Source: an uncultured delta proteobacterium (GTDB lineage Bacteria; Desulfobacterota; Binatia; Binatales; Binataceae). Taken from it: a DNA stretch of 64,000 bases. This document shows positions 1-10,424 of the stretch, in pieces; the stretch's first letter is position 1; every line of letters begins with the position of its first letter. The position numbers and the translations under genes are program-made. The notes under the pieces are model-generated. The model saw nothing but the letters and a program-made list of their open reading frames with translations. It ran no database searches and was not told the DNA's origin. The stretch covers positions 608,001 to 672,000 of the forward strand of contig CAVRVY010000004.1 in assembly GCA_963724765.1 (NCBI GenBank), read 5' to 3'.

Positions 1-1545
1 TTGCGGACGGCGCTGCCAGGCTTTCATCCAATCGTCGTTGTGATCGTCATCGTCGGCGGGGGCCTTGCGCACCTCGCGATGGATCGGCTCGTCGGTGGAG
101 GCCGACATGTCGAGCAGGAAGAGCGTGGCGACGTCGCGCGACTCTTTTTTGCGCGCGCTGTAGACGCGCGGATCGGGGCTCTCGCCCATCAGGCGCGAGA
201 CGCGGGTCTCGACCAGGCGTTCGAGGTCGAGTTCCTCGCCGTCCTCGAGTCCGCGGACCATCCGATATGAAGCGGGCCGGATACGCTGAAAGTGGCGGCG
301 CACCTGCGGCAACATTTCGGAGTAGCGCGCCAGCGTCTGCGCGAAAAAATCGTTGTCGTCGCCGGCGAGCGGGACCTCGCGCAGCCGGCACCATCCGCGC
401 CGGTAATCCGCGGCCACGTAGTCCCATTCGTCGTAGGAGTAGTAGGAATCCTGGTTGCGCCCGTGCATCAGCACCAGCCGCCCATGGTTGGAGGCCGGAC
501 CGATCTCACCGAGCTGCTCGCGCAGCTCCTCGAGGTCCTGCGCCTGCTTGCCCGTGAGCTGGGTGAGATACATCCCTTCGCCCTCGGCGCCGCCCTCGCC
601 CTCGGCCGGTTTGATCTGCGCCCCCTGCTCGAGCAGCTTGCGAATCTCCTCGGGACTGAGCGGGCGGCCGCCGCGGCCCTTGGACTGCTTGCCCGAGACT
701 TCCATCCGCACGTTCTGATTGGTCTCGCCGTCGCTGTCGCCCTCGTCACCTTCGGGGCCTTCGCCTTCGCCGCCCTCGGCGCTGTCGAGGTTGCCGATAA
801 GATCGTTGCGCAGCGCGTTGCCGTCGTCATCGAGGCCTTCGGCGGCGCCGGCGCGGCGCGCGGCGGCCATCAACTCCTGCAACCACGTGTACATCGCCGA
901 GGCCTGGCGCGCGCTGGTCAACACGCCGGCGCCGGGCTTGCGCAGCGGCGCAAAGAATTCGGCGGCATGCCCGGTGAAAGTCTGCGCCGCCGCGTCATCG
1001 CCGGAGTCGATCTCGAGCGCGCCGCGCACCAGCATCGTGCTGAGCGCGCGCGGGTTCAGCTTCTCGACCAACGCGCGGTTGAGCTTAGCGATACGCGGAG
1101 CAAGGCCGCGGTAGCGCCGGGCCATCTCGCTGTCGACCCGCGCGCTCTCGCACAGCCGCATCAGGGCGCCGCCGAGCATCGGGTCGCTGAACGACGCGAC
1201 GAAACTTTCGATCGCTTCGACGCCGGTCTCGCCGCGTTGCTCGAAGCCAGGCAACTCGGCCAGGCAGAGCTTGAAAGTGCCGAACTCATGGCGGCCGGCG
1301 AGTTGCGCGGCGGTGACGAGATAGTAGTCGTAGGAGAGCGACGGTGAGCCGAGCGCGTCGATTTGCTCGGGCAGATGAATCATCTCGCCCGCCAGCAGCG
1401 GATAGTGAAAGGCCAGCATCGGGCCGCAATTGGCGATCGAATCCAGGCGAAATTCCTGCGGGTACAGCATCCGCATGAACTTCGTCAGCACGCCCTTGAT
1501 TTCGTGCAGTGCCTGCGGGCGATCCTCAGCCGAAGTGTGAGTCAT
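1..1545 (-). CDS. NorD/CbbO-like VWA-domain activation protein (3' end runs off the window)
   Basis: Not in the ORF track. Minus-strand frame read at both ends, from ATG at 1545 (MTHTSAEDRPQALHEIKG...); contains YDEWDY..ADYRRGWC, GEELDL and RDVATLFLLDMSAST (start of the VWA MIDAS motif). Confidence 0.85.
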   Translation of the reverse strand, partial: MTHTSAEDRPQALHEIKGVLTKFMRMLYPQEFRLDSIANCGPMLAFHYPLLAGEMIHLPEQIDALGSPSLSYDYYLVTAAQLAGRHEFGTFKLCLAELPGFEQRGETGVEAIESFVASFSDPMLGGALMRLCESARVDSEMARRYRGLAPRIAKLNRALVEKLNPRALSTMLVRGALEIDSGDDAAAQTFTGHAAEFFAPLRKPGAGVLTSARQASAMYTWLQELMAAARRAGAAEGLDDDGNALRNDLIGNLDSAEGGEGEGPEGDEGDSDGETNQNVRMEVSGKQSKGRGGRPLSPEEIRKLLEQGAQIKPAEGEGGAEGEGMYLTQLTGKQAQDLEELREQLGEIGPASNHGRLVLMHGRNQDSYYSYDEWDYVAADYRRGWCRLREVPLAGDDNDFFAQTLARYSEMLPQVRRHFQRIRPASYRMVRGLEDGEELDLERLVETRVSRLMGESPDPRVYSARKKESRDVATLFLLDMSASTDEPIHREVRKAPADDDDHNDDWMKAWQRRPQ

Positions 1546-1714
1546 CACTTTGATTGTGACAAATCGCATACCCGCTATGCAATTTAATTTTCAGCCGTCC
1601 CGGACGCCCGCCGGAACGAACGAGGGCGCGCCGGCGTTGCAGATTAATGCACGCGCGCAAGCCGGAGCGCTCGGCTTGACGGCGCGGCGAGCGAGGTCTT
1701 TAGTGCTAGGAGTC

Positions 1715-3217
1715 ATGTTTATTCGAAGCCATTGCCTATTGCGTCGTCTGGCCCTATTGCGTCGTCTGGCATTGACGTTCGCGCTTGCCGCGCTGATTTT
1801 CAACGGAGCGCCGGGTCGCGCATGCGCCGGGATCACCGACGCGGTCAAGACCGAAACCCTGCCCAACGGGCTCAAGGTCCTGGTGCTAGAGAATCACAAG
1901 GCTCCGGTGGCGACCTTCAACCTGTTCACCAAGGTCGGGTCGCGCAATGAGAGCTTCAGCAAGACCGGCATCTCGCACCTGGTCGAACACTTGAAGTTCC
2001 GCGGCACCAAAAAGTACGGCCCCGAGGAGTTCTCCAACATCATCCAGGAAAATGGCGGGATGGATAACGCTTTCACTGGCGCCGACTTCACCGACTACTT
2101 CGAAGTGATCAACCGCGATCACCTCGACGTGCCGATCGGCCTGGAGGCCGACCGGATGGCGAACTTCGATCCCAAGGGCTTCGACTCCGAACTTGCGGTG
2201 GTGGAAGAGGAGCGGCGGATGCGCACCGACGACAATCCGGAGGACGCGCTTTCGGAAGCCACCCAGGCGCAGGCCTTCGTCGAGCATCCGTACCACTGGC
2301 CGGTGATCGGCTGGATGCAGGACATCCAGCGCCTGACGCTGGCCGACGCGCTCAAATATCACAGTGTCTATTACTCGCCGCAGAACGCGATCGCAGTCGC
2401 GGTGGGCGACTTCAACGCCGACCAGGTGCTCAAAGAGATTTCGGATTCCTTCGGCCCGATTAAAAACGGCCCCAAGCCGCCGCCGGTGCTCGAGGTCGAA
2501 CCGCCTCAGCAGGGCGAGCGGAAAATCGTGCTGCGTCACGCCGCCAACCTGCCGGCCTTCAACGCGGTCTATCACGTGCCCAACTATCGCGTCGGCGGGG
2601 CTGACGCCTTCGCGCTGGAAATCGCCTCCGAGATTCTCTCCGACGGCAAGAGCTCGCGCCTGTACCGCGCGATGGTGCTCGATAAGCAGATGGTGGTCGA
2701 CGTGTCAGCCAGCTACGACATGACCTCGTTCGACCCCGGATTGTTCGCGGTCTCGGCGCAGATGCGCCCTGGCGTGAAAACCGACGACGCGATCGCGGAG
2801 GCTGACAAGGTGATCGATCAGCTCAAGGACCAGCCGGTCGGCGCCGACGAATTGCAAAAAGCCAAGAACCTCGAGCAGTCGTCATTCGTGTTCGCGCAGG
2901 ATTCGATTTTCGAGGAGGCGCTGCAGCTCGGCGTGTGGCAGATGCTGGGTGATTACCATCTGATGGACCGTTACCTGGCGGAAATCGGCAAAGTCACCGC
3001 AGCCGACGTGCAACGGGTGGCGAAGAAATATCTGGTCGAGAACAATTGCACGCTCGGCGTGCTGGTGCCGACCGGTATCCTGCCCCATGAGCAGGGCGGA
3101 GGCGCCGGCGGCATGGTGCATCACGCACCCCCACTCGGCAGCGCCGATTCGATGCTGGAGACGGCACCGATGCGCATTACGCGCGTGCCCTCCGCGATCG
3201 AAGAGGTGGCGCGATGA
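1715..3217 (+). CDS. M16 family zinc peptidase, catalytic subunit
   Basis: HLVEH (HxxEH) motif, LPNGLKV, signal peptide; AGGAG before ATG 1715. Confidence 0.92.
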   Translation: MFIRSHCLLRRLALLRRLALTFALAALIFNGAPGRACAGITDAVKTETLPNGLKVLVLENHKAPVATFNLFTKVGSRNESFSKTGISHLVEHLKFRGTKKYGPEEFSNIIQENGGMDNAFTGADFTDYFEVINRDHLDVPIGLEADRMANFDPKGFDSELAVVEEERRMRTDDNPEDALSEATQAQAFVEHPYHWPVIGWMQDIQRLTLADALKYHSVYYSPQNAIAVAVGDFNADQVLKEISDSFGPIKNGPKPPPVLEVEPPQQGERKIVLRHAANLPAFNAVYHVPNYRVGGADAFALEIASEILSDGKSSRLYRAMVLDKQMVVDVSASYDMTSFDPGLFAVSAQMRPGVKTDDAIAEADKVIDQLKDQPVGADELQKAKNLEQSSFVFAQDSIFEEALQLGVWQMLGDYHLMDRYLAEIGKVTAADVQRVAKKYLVENNCTLGVLVPTGILPHEQGGGAGGMVHHAPPLGSADSMLETAPMRITRVPSAIEEVAR

Positions 3218-4656
3218 GGCGGCGGCGCGATGCTTTGCGCGCGGTGCGGACCACCGTCCTTCTGATCGCGCTCATCGCGGCCTTTACGGCCCCGGCCGCG
3301 GCGCTCGAGATCAAACGCTCGGTGCTGCCCGACGGCGCGGTGCTGCTGGTCTCCGAGCAGCATCAACTCCCGATGGTGACGATGACGATCGCCTTTGACG
3401 CCGGCGCGCGGCGCGACCCCGCGGGCAAGGCCGGACTCGCCTCGCTCACCGCGGCCTCGCTGACGCTCGGCACCAAGGAGCTGAGCGCCGCGCAATTCAA
3501 CCAGAAAGTGGACTTCATGGGCAGCTCGATCGCGGTCGGCGCCGGCGCGGACTATGCGCAGGCAAGCTTCACCTCTCTCAAGAAATATGAGGACCAGACT
3601 CTGGGCCTGATGGCGGCGGCGCTCACCGAGCCCGCGCTCAGCGACGCCGAAATCACCCGCAAGCGCGACGAGCGCGTGGCCGACATCAAGGCCCAGGAAG
3701 AGCAGCCGGACTACGTCGCAGGGGTCACATTCCACAAGGCGCTCTACGGCAACACACCGTACGGTCATCCGAGCGAGGGCACGGCCGAGTCGGTGGCGAA
3801 GCTCACGCCGCAGGACGTGCGCGACTTCTACCACGCTCAATATAAAATCGGCAGCGCGGTGATTGCGGTGGTCGGCGACGTCAAGGCCGACGAGGTGAAG
3901 GCCAAGCTGGAGAAGGCGTTCGACGCGCTCAAGGGCACGGTAGCGCCGCAAGCGGAGCCGCCAGCGCCAAGCGTTGCGGCGGGAATTCATCCGACCCTGG
4001 TCGACCGCAGCGTCGTGCAGGCGACCATCATCCTGGGCTCCGGCGGTATCGCGCGCTCCAACCCTGACTACTATCGCTTGCAGGTGATGAACTACATCCT
4101 GGGCGGCGGCGGCTTCGCCTCGCGGCTGATGAAAACCGTGCGCAGCAAGAACGGGCTGGCCTACGGAATCTCGAGCGGATTCGATGCCGGGAAATTCGCC
4201 GGCTCGTTCACCGTCGATACGCAAACCAAGAACAAGAGTTCCAACGAGGCGCTGCAGCTCATCGTCGAACAACTGCGCGACATGCAGGAGCATCAGGTCT
4301 CCGACGGCGAACTGGCCTCGGCCAAGAAATATCTAATCGGCAGCTTTCCGCTGAAGCTCGATCGCCAGAGCTCGATCGCGAGCTTCATCCTGCAGGTCGA
4401 ACTGTACGGCCTCGGCCTCGACTACGCCGAGCGCTACCCGAAACTGATCGGAGCGGTGACCAAGGACGACATCCAGCACGTGGCGCAAAAATACCTGCAC
4501 CCCGACGCGCTCATCCTGGTCGCAGTGGCCAACCAGTCCGAGGCGGCAATCAACGTGACGAACCTCAAGCGCGTCGCCGAGGGAGCGCCCCCGAGCGCGC
4601 CTGCCTCCACCGCGCCCGGCGCGACACAAGCATCCCAGCCGGCTCCCGGCGGTTGA
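3214..4656 (+). CDS. M16 family peptidase, non-catalytic partner subunit
   Basis: No HxxEH; ILGGGGFASRL..VR...GLAY motif; 4-bp overlap with upstream gene. Confidence 0.9.
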   Translation: MRRRRDALRAVRTTVLLIALIAAFTAPAAALEIKRSVLPDGAVLLVSEQHQLPMVTMTIAFDAGARRDPAGKAGLASLTAASLTLGTKELSAAQFNQKVDFMGSSIAVGAGADYAQASFTSLKKYEDQTLGLMAAALTEPALSDAEITRKRDERVADIKAQEEQPDYVAGVTFHKALYGNTPYGHPSEGTAESVAKLTPQDVRDFYHAQYKIGSAVIAVVGDVKADEVKAKLEKAFDALKGTVAPQAEPPAPSVAAGIHPTLVDRSVVQATIILGSGGIARSNPDYYRLQVMNYILGGGGFASRLMKTVRSKNGLAYGISSGFDAGKFAGSFTVDTQTKNKSSNEALQLIVEQLRDMQEHQVSDGELASAKKYLIGSFPLKLDRQSSIASFILQVELYGLGLDYAERYPKLIGAVTKDDIQHVAQKYLHPDALILVAVANQSEAAINVTNLKRVAEGAPPSAPASTAPGATQASQPAPGG

Positions 4657-4858
4657 TCGGCTTCGCCGCGGCGCGCGGATTTTCGTATGCCGCGCTCTGC
4701 GCTCTTCACTGCCCGACTGCGCGGCTTTGATGTATATTCGCTTGACCGCGCGCAACCTTAGAATGCACGATACGCTTGAGTCGCGAGCGTGACTCGGCGA
4801 GCCTGCGCGTTTCATCGGCGAATTGGAGCGAACAACTGGAGCGATTCGGGAGTGATCA

Positions 4859-5473
4859 GTGATGGCGAACGAAAGCTGGAAAATCGAGGGCGAGTATTTC
4901 GAGTCCTGCAACTGCGAACTGCTCTGCCCCTGTCTGCTGAGCCAGGCCAAGGTCCGTCCAACCGAGGGCCATTGCGACGTGGTGCTGGCCTTCCACATCA
5001 ACCGCGGCAGCTATGGCAAAACCGATCTTGCGGGACTCAACGCGGTGCAGGCGTTCACCACGCCGGGCCCGATGGCGCAGGGCGGCGGCACCGGCGGGGT
5101 TTACGTCGACGGCCGCGCCAACGCCGAGCAGCGAGTCGCGCTTGAAGCCATCTTCGCCGGCCAGGCCGGCGGCCCGCCGAGCCTGCTGGCCCCGATGATC
5201 GCGCATCGGCTGCCAACCAGGACCGCGCAGATCGACTTCAGCGCCTCGGGCGACACGCGCAAGTTGAGCATCGCCGGCATCACCGAAGTGACAGTGCAGG
5301 GCGTAGCGGGACGCGACGGCACGACGGTGTGGCTCGACAACGTGACGCATCCTTATTCCGGGCGTCTGGCCGCGGCGCGCGGCACCTCGAGCCACTACAG
5401 GGATCATTCGCTCAGCTTCGATAACAGCGGGCGCAACGGCCACTTCTCAGCGATCAACTGGACCAACGCCTAG
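4859..5473 (+). CDS. DUF1326 domain protein
   Basis: WKIEGEYFESCNCELLCPC...PTEGHC signature. Confidence 0.85.
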   Translation: MMANESWKIEGEYFESCNCELLCPCLLSQAKVRPTEGHCDVVLAFHINRGSYGKTDLAGLNAVQAFTTPGPMAQGGGTGGVYVDGRANAEQRVALEAIFAGQAGGPPSLLAPMIAHRLPTRTAQIDFSASGDTRKLSIAGITEVTVQGVAGRDGTTVWLDNVTHPYSGRLAAARGTSSHYRDHSLSFDNSGRNGHFSAINWTNA

Positions 5474-5515
5474 CGCGCCGCGTCAGGCAAGGGTGTAGCG
5501 CTCTCAAAAGTTGCG

Positions 5516-6313
5516 ATGGCTTCCGCGGTCCCCACATCGGACTCGCGCAGGGTTGCGCGCGCGCTCAGGCTGCCCGACCAGCTCGCGATTTGGGGCGGTC
5601 TCGGCGCGCTCTCGGCGCTCGCCTGGCTGTACCTGTGGCGGATGCCTGCCAACACCGGCGCGATGGAGAGCATGGCCGGGATGCCGGGAATGTCGATCGC
5701 CTCACCGTGGTCGCCGGCGCAGTTGTGGCTGACATTCCTGATGTGGGCGGTGATGATGGTGGCGATGATGCTGCCGAGCGCGGCACCGATGGTCGCAATG
5801 TACGCGCGCGTGGCTGAGGGCCGCGGCGTCTCGCCACGGATGCGGGTGTGGCTTTTTGCCGGCGGCTACGTGGCGGCGTGGACTGCGTTCAGCGCCGTCG
5901 CCACTGTGCTGCAGGCTGCATTGGATTATGCGGCGCTGCTGACCGGAGCGATGCGGGTCGCGCCGCTGATGGGCGGAGTGATCCTGGCGCTCGCGGGCGC
6001 TTATCAACTCTCGCCGCTCAAGCGCAGATGCCTGCGGCATTGCCAGTCGCCGATCGGCTTCCTGATGACGCACTGGCGCGATGGCCGCGCCGGCGCAATA
6101 GCGATGGGTCTGCGTCATGGGGTCTTCTGCGTGGGATGCTGCTGGATGCTGATGGCGTTGCTGTTCGTAGCGGGTGTGATGAACCTTTTGTGGGTGGCGG
6201 TACTGACGGCTTTCGTGCTGATCGAACGGGCGACGCGATGGGGCGAAACGCTGGCGACCATTTCGGGCTTCGCGCTCATCGCCGGCGGCCTCGCGCTGGC
6301 CGCGGTCAGCTGA
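5516..6313 (+). CDS. DUF2182 predicted metal-binding membrane protein
   Basis: MWAVMMVAMMLPS, YQLSPLKRRCLRHCQSP, CVGCCWMLM motifs; usual partner of DUF1326. Confidence 0.88.
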   Translation: MASAVPTSDSRRVARALRLPDQLAIWGGLGALSALAWLYLWRMPANTGAMESMAGMPGMSIASPWSPAQLWLTFLMWAVMMVAMMLPSAAPMVAMYARVAEGRGVSPRMRVWLFAGGYVAAWTAFSAVATVLQAALDYAALLTGAMRVAPLMGGVILALAGAYQLSPLKRRCLRHCQSPIGFLMTHWRDGRAGAIAMGLRHGVFCVGCCWMLMALLFVAGVMNLLWVAVLTAFVLIERATRWGETLATISGFALIAGGLALAAVS

Positions 6314-6376
6314 TTCCTTTTCTGATTCTCTTTGTCGGGGCCGCTCGAGAGCGATCCTCCAATCGAACGCCGGCGG

Positions 6377-6949
6377 ATGCCGAACGCTGCGAAATCTCCG
6401 ATCACGCCGCCGCGCCCGGCGCTCTACACGGTCGGCCATTCGACCCATCCGATCGAACGATTCCTCGAACTCCTCGGCGAGCATCGAATCGCGATCCTCG
6501 CCGACGTCCGCTCCTATCCCAGCTCGCGCCGATGGCCCCAGTTCAACCAGGAGCCGCTGGCCGAGGCGCTCGGCCGCGCCGGTGTCGAGTATCGATGGCT
6601 CAAGCGCCTTGGCGGACGACGCCATAGCAAGCGCGCCGACTCGCCGCACGTGGCATGGACGGTCGCCGCGTTCCGCTCCTACGCGGACTATACTGAGAGC
6701 GCCGAATTCGCAGAGGGCCTCGACGAGCTACTCGCAGTCGCGGCCGCTGCGCGCACGGCGATCATGTGCTCGGAGGGACTGTGGTGGCGATGCCATCGGC
6801 GAATCGTCTCGGACCAGATGACCCTCGGCGGATGGGACGTTGAGCACATCATGCCCGACGGCAAACTGACGGCGCATCGCCTGCCTGACTTCGCCTCGGT
6901 CGTCGACGGGCGGATTGTATACGACGGCGGCCAGCCGCCGCTGCTCTAG
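6377..6949 (+). CDS. DUF488 domain protein
   Basis: YTVGHST, LADVRSYPSSR, MCSEGLWWRCHRR. Confidence 0.88.
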   Translation: MPNAAKSPITPPRPALYTVGHSTHPIERFLELLGEHRIAILADVRSYPSSRRWPQFNQEPLAEALGRAGVEYRWLKRLGGRRHSKRADSPHVAWTVAAFRSYADYTESAEFAEGLDELLAVAAAARTAIMCSEGLWWRCHRRIVSDQMTLGGWDVEHIMPDGKLTAHRLPDFASVVDGRIVYDGGQPPLL

Positions 6950-6976
6950 TAGTAGCGGCGGTCACGCCCCCCCGAC

Positions 6977-7870
6977 TCAATTGGCCGCGGCAGGGGTGGT
7001 TGACGCTGCGGCCGCAGTGCGTCCGCGTTCCCAGGCCGCCTTGACGGTCGCATATACGTCGAACGGATCGCAGCGCCAGGGCAAAACGTACGTCGCGCTC
7101 TTGTCGCTAAACGTGATTTTCACGTCGAGATGGCGCTCGGCTTTGCCGCCCACCACGAAAAGGCCCACGCCCGCAATGTCCGCGTAGTTGAGCACGCGCG
7201 GTTTCGCCCCTTTTGTCACAGTGAGGTCTTGCTTGCCGACCGTCAGCTGGCGCACCGAGCGAAGCCGCCACGCCGCAAAGGCCGCGACGATGAGCGCCGT
7301 CGCGACCGTGCACAGCAGTTGAATCACCGGGCGGCCGCGCATCCAGTAGATCACTCCGCCGAGTATCGCAATTAGCGCCGCTCCAGCCGTCAGCATCTGC
7401 TGTGGCAGATCCTGGACGAAGACGTGCGGCAGCGGCACCTCCGGCCATCGATCGGACAGCATGTCCGCCACGAACTGAACCACCTCGTGCGCGTCTTCGA
7501 GTTCGTAGGGCAGACTGACACGTACGCGCCCCTGCGCGTCGCGGAGATCGACGCGCTGATGCGTGGGCACCGGTTCAAGGCCGGTTATTTCGGCCCAGGT
7601 AATTTGACCGGGGCTGGCGTAATGGACGCCATGCTCATCGATGACGACTGGCCAGTTTTTGCGGGCGAGCATGGCCTGCATCTCGCGCACCAGCGTCCAC
7701 ACAAAGAACAGCAACGCGGCGGCGGCGATCACGCAGCCAAACGGGGTCCTGAACTGCGGCCGCGTCCATAGCGCGGCCGCGATCACGGCGAGAAAAAACA
7801 GGCTCGATCCGATCGCAATTAGTTGGTCGCGCCGGGATTCCTCCTGGACACGGAACTCCTGAGCTGCCAT
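6977..7870 (-). CDS. Hypothetical membrane protein (two TM-hairpin plus soluble-domain repeats)
   Basis: 297-aa ORF, GAGG RBS, four hydrophobic helices. Confidence 0.7.
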   Translation of the reverse strand: MAAQEFRVQEESRRDQLIAIGSSLFFLAVIAAALWTRPQFRTPFGCVIAAAALLFFVWTLVREMQAMLARKNWPVVIDEHGVHYASPGQITWAEITGLEPVPTHQRVDLRDAQGRVRVSLPYELEDAHEVVQFVADMLSDRWPEVPLPHVFVQDLPQQMLTAGAALIAILGGVIYWMRGRPVIQLLCTVATALIVAAFAAWRLRSVRQLTVGKQDLTVTKGAKPRVLNYADIAGVGLFVVGGKAERHLDVKITFSDKSATYVLPWRCDPFDVYATVKAAWERGRTAAAASTTPAAAN

Positions 7871-7908
7871 CTCCTCGGTCCCCCTCGGAGCTTCAATGTG
7901 GGCACGCG

Positions 7909-8223
7909 CTATTGCTTGCCGGCGTTGCTGCTCAGGTAACCCAGGATGGTCTTGCGCTCGGCCGGCGTGAGCGGCGCTAACCCCGTTTGCTTCATCCGCT
8001 CCTGCATCAAGTCAACCTGTGCCGCCCACATCGCCGCGGTCATCAGGCTCGGATTATAGGGCTGATGACATCCTCCGCACCTTTTAAGATATAGCTGCGC
8101 CGCATAACTGCCCTCGTCCGGTATCTTGCCGTTTTGACACGATGCAAGCAAAACCATAGCGGCCAGCAACGCAACATTTATCAACCGTCGATAAGTTGAA
8201 GTAATTGTTAAGCTTCGACTCAC
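7909..8223 (-). CDS. Small c-type cytochrome lipoprotein
   Basis: LLASC lipobox, CGGCH haem motif, W...V..M; start uncertain. Confidence 0.75.
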   Translation of the reverse strand: MSRSLTITSTYRRLINVALLAAMVLLASCQNGKIPDEGSYAAQLYLKRCGGCHQPYNPSLMTAAMWAAQVDLMQERMKQTGLAPLTPAERKTILGYLSSNAGKQ

Positions 8224-8314
8224 GCGCCCCGCCCTTCTCGTCACGTCCACTCCTTCGACGAGGGTAACTCGTCTCCTCAAGAGCGTAACCCGGCGGATTT
8301 GCGGCTTTATCGCT

Positions 8315-8821
8315 CTACCGTAACGCGCGTGCGCTCGGGATTTGGCGGCGCAATTCGGTGCCAAGGCTTTGAATTAGTGTCCGACGGTCGGAATCTTCAA
8401 GCGCCACTTTGCGTTCGCCCTCGGGCCGCATCCATACCGGCGCCGCGCGCATCGCGTCCGTCTCGAAGCGCGGGAAGACGTGCCAATGGACGTGCGGTTC
8501 GAGATTGCCGAGACACTCGTAATTGAGCTTGAGCGGCCGTGTCACCAGCGCGACCGCGCCTCCCACGGCGATCGTCTCGTCGAAAAGCGCGCGCGCCTCC
8601 TCGGGCGGCATCAGATGGATTTCGTCGACGTGGCGTCTGGCGAGCACCACGCAGTAGCCGCGATAGAACTGCGCGTCGCCCAGGATTACGAACGAGTGCG
8701 GCAGCTCCGCGACGAAATCGGCGAAGCTGCCGACGCGGCATCGCTCGATGAGCGCGCAGATTCCGCACGGCCGCGCCGTGGCCCCGCCGTCCACGCTCTC
8801 GCCGCGGTCACCCGGAGGCAT
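8315..8821 (-). CDS. HIT family hydrolase
   Basis: GNLEPHVHWHVFPR histidine triad. Confidence 0.9.
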   Translation of the reverse strand: MPPGDRGESVDGGATARPCGICALIERCRVGSFADFVAELPHSFVILGDAQFYRGYCVVLARRHVDEIHLMPPEEARALFDETIAVGGAVALVTRPLKLNYECLGNLEPHVHWHVFPRFETDAMRAAPVWMRPEGERKVALEDSDRRTLIQSLGTELRRQIPSARALR

Positions 8822-9290
8822 CGGCGCCCTCTGGCGCCACCTGCACCAGCTTTACCGCTGCATGCTTGAGCACTTCGCGCACGGTATGCAGTTTGTACTC
8901 ACGGCCGTAGTAGACGGTGCGGATGCCGGTGTTGATGAGCACCTTGAGGCAGTGGATGCAGGGCGTGTGAGTCACGTAGATGTCGGCGTCGCGAATCGCG
9001 GCGCCGTTCTTGGCCGCCTGCGTGATCGCGTTAATCTCGGCGTGGATGGTGCGCCAGCAGTTCTGCTCGATTTCGCCGTCGGGAGTGCGCGATTCGTAGA
9101 TGAGGCATCCGACCTCGGTGCAATGCGGCATCCCGGCCGGCGATCCGTTGTAGCCGGTGGCCAGGATGCTGCGGTCGCGCACGATCACCGCGCCCACCTT
9201 GGCCCGCAGACAGGTCGAGCGCTCGGCGACCTGTCGAGTGATCGTCATGAAGTACTGATCCCAGCTCGGCCGCTTCCCCCCGCCGCTCAT
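8808..9290 (-). CDS. dCMP deaminase / ComEB-family cytidine deaminase
   Basis: RPSWDQYFM, HAEINAI, PCIHC zinc motifs. Confidence 0.92.
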   Translation of the reverse strand: MSGGGKRPSWDQYFMTITRQVAERSTCLRAKVGAVIVRDRSILATGYNGSPAGMPHCTEVGCLIYESRTPDGEIEQNCWRTIHAEINAITQAAKNGAAIRDADIYVTHTPCIHCLKVLINTGIRTVYYGREYKLHTVREVLKHAAVKLVQVAPEGADASG

Positions 9291-9291
9291 C

Positions 9292-10386
9292 TCAGAGTCC
9301 CTTAAGCCGCACCGAGGCGGGCAGCGGCGGCAGCGCGGGCCGGTAAACGACGCTATAGGTATTGTCCTTCGGTTGCTCTTGCGGGTTCTGATTCCCGTCG
9401 GCGTACCACGCCGGCACCGGGCTGAAGGTCACGATGAACAGTACGATCGTCGCCCAGGCAAAAGCCCTGCGCCGCGGATCGAGCGGTGTATCCGCATCCA
9501 CCGTGGCCGGATGCCCCAGGCCGAGAAAGAACAGGAACACTACCCAGAAGATCCATCCGCCCCAGTATGCCGAGCCCATGAACAGCGGCACCACCACCAT
9601 CATCACGCACGCCACGATGAACAGGCGCGCGATCGTTCGATGCCAGCGGCCGAACAGCGCGTACACCACGTGGCCGCCGTCGAGCTGGCCGACCGGCAGC
9701 AGGTTGAGCGTCGTCACCAGCAGCCCGATCCATCCGGCGAACGCGATCGGATGAAGGTTGACGTTGACCGAGTTGGGATCGACACCCAGCGTCGCGTACG
9801 ACAGCGCCCAGAACAGGATTGAATTGCCGAGCTGAAGTCCGCCGCCGGAGGTGTCGAGCGGCGACACGTCGGAAAGCCTAAGCCCGATCGCCACCGCGAG
9901 CACCGCCAGCACCGCTCCGGCCCATGGCCCCGCCGCGCCGATATCGAACATCACGCGCCGCGTGCGCGCCGGCGATCGCATCCGGATGAATGCGCCGAAG
10001 GTCCCGATGAAAAAGATCGACGGCAACGGCGCGGGGATGAAATAGGGCGGGCTCACATCGACGTTGTTGCGCCGCGCCACCAGGTAGTGGCCCATCTCGT
10101 GCGCAAACAGGATCATCATCAGCGGGATCGAAAACGACAGTCCCGCGGCGAGGTTGCCCAAGGTCGCAAACGGATGCGCCAGCGACACGAACGCGCCAGC
10201 CATGTCGGCGCCGGCCATCGTGGTGGTCAGCAGCGTCAGCAGAAACAGTCCGACGTGCAGCCGCGTAACGCCGGAGGGCTGCGGGCGCGGCGACGCCATC
10301 ACTTCGGGCTCGTAAACCGGCGCGGGCGTGACGCGCGGGATGTCGGTTAAGACCTGCGATTCATCGTGTGCGGTGGAATCATCCAT
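9292..10386 (-). CDS. Site-2 protease (M50 family)
   Basis: HEMGH and NLLPVGQLDGG motifs, multiple TM helices. Confidence 0.92.
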   Translation of the reverse strand: MDDSTAHDESQVLTDIPRVTPAPVYEPEVMASPRPQPSGVTRLHVGLFLLTLLTTTMAGADMAGAFVSLAHPFATLGNLAAGLSFSIPLMMILFAHEMGHYLVARRNNVDVSPPYFIPAPLPSIFFIGTFGAFIRMRSPARTRRVMFDIGAAGPWAGAVLAVLAVAIGLRLSDVSPLDTSGGGLQLGNSILFWALSYATLGVDPNSVNVNLHPIAFAGWIGLLVTTLNLLPVGQLDGGHVVYALFGRWHRTIARLFIVACVMMVVVPLFMGSAYWGGWIFWVVFLFFLGLGHPATVDADTPLDPRRRAFAWATIVLFIVTFSPVPAWYADGNQNPQEQPKDNTYSVVYRPALPPLPASVRLKGL

Positions 10387-10424
10387 TATTTATTTCATGC
10401 CGGGTGTTTATTTCATGCCGGAGT

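Noticed and set aside
292-1347. 351-aa plus-strand ORF and similar long antisense ORFs (e.g. 3121-4293, 24935-25744, 25952-26602)
   Set aside because: Antisense shadows of real genes on the opposite strand.
1735-1770. Perfect 18-bp tandem repeat in the M16 signal peptide (LLRRLA twice)
   Set aside because: In-frame slippage duplication with no sign of function.
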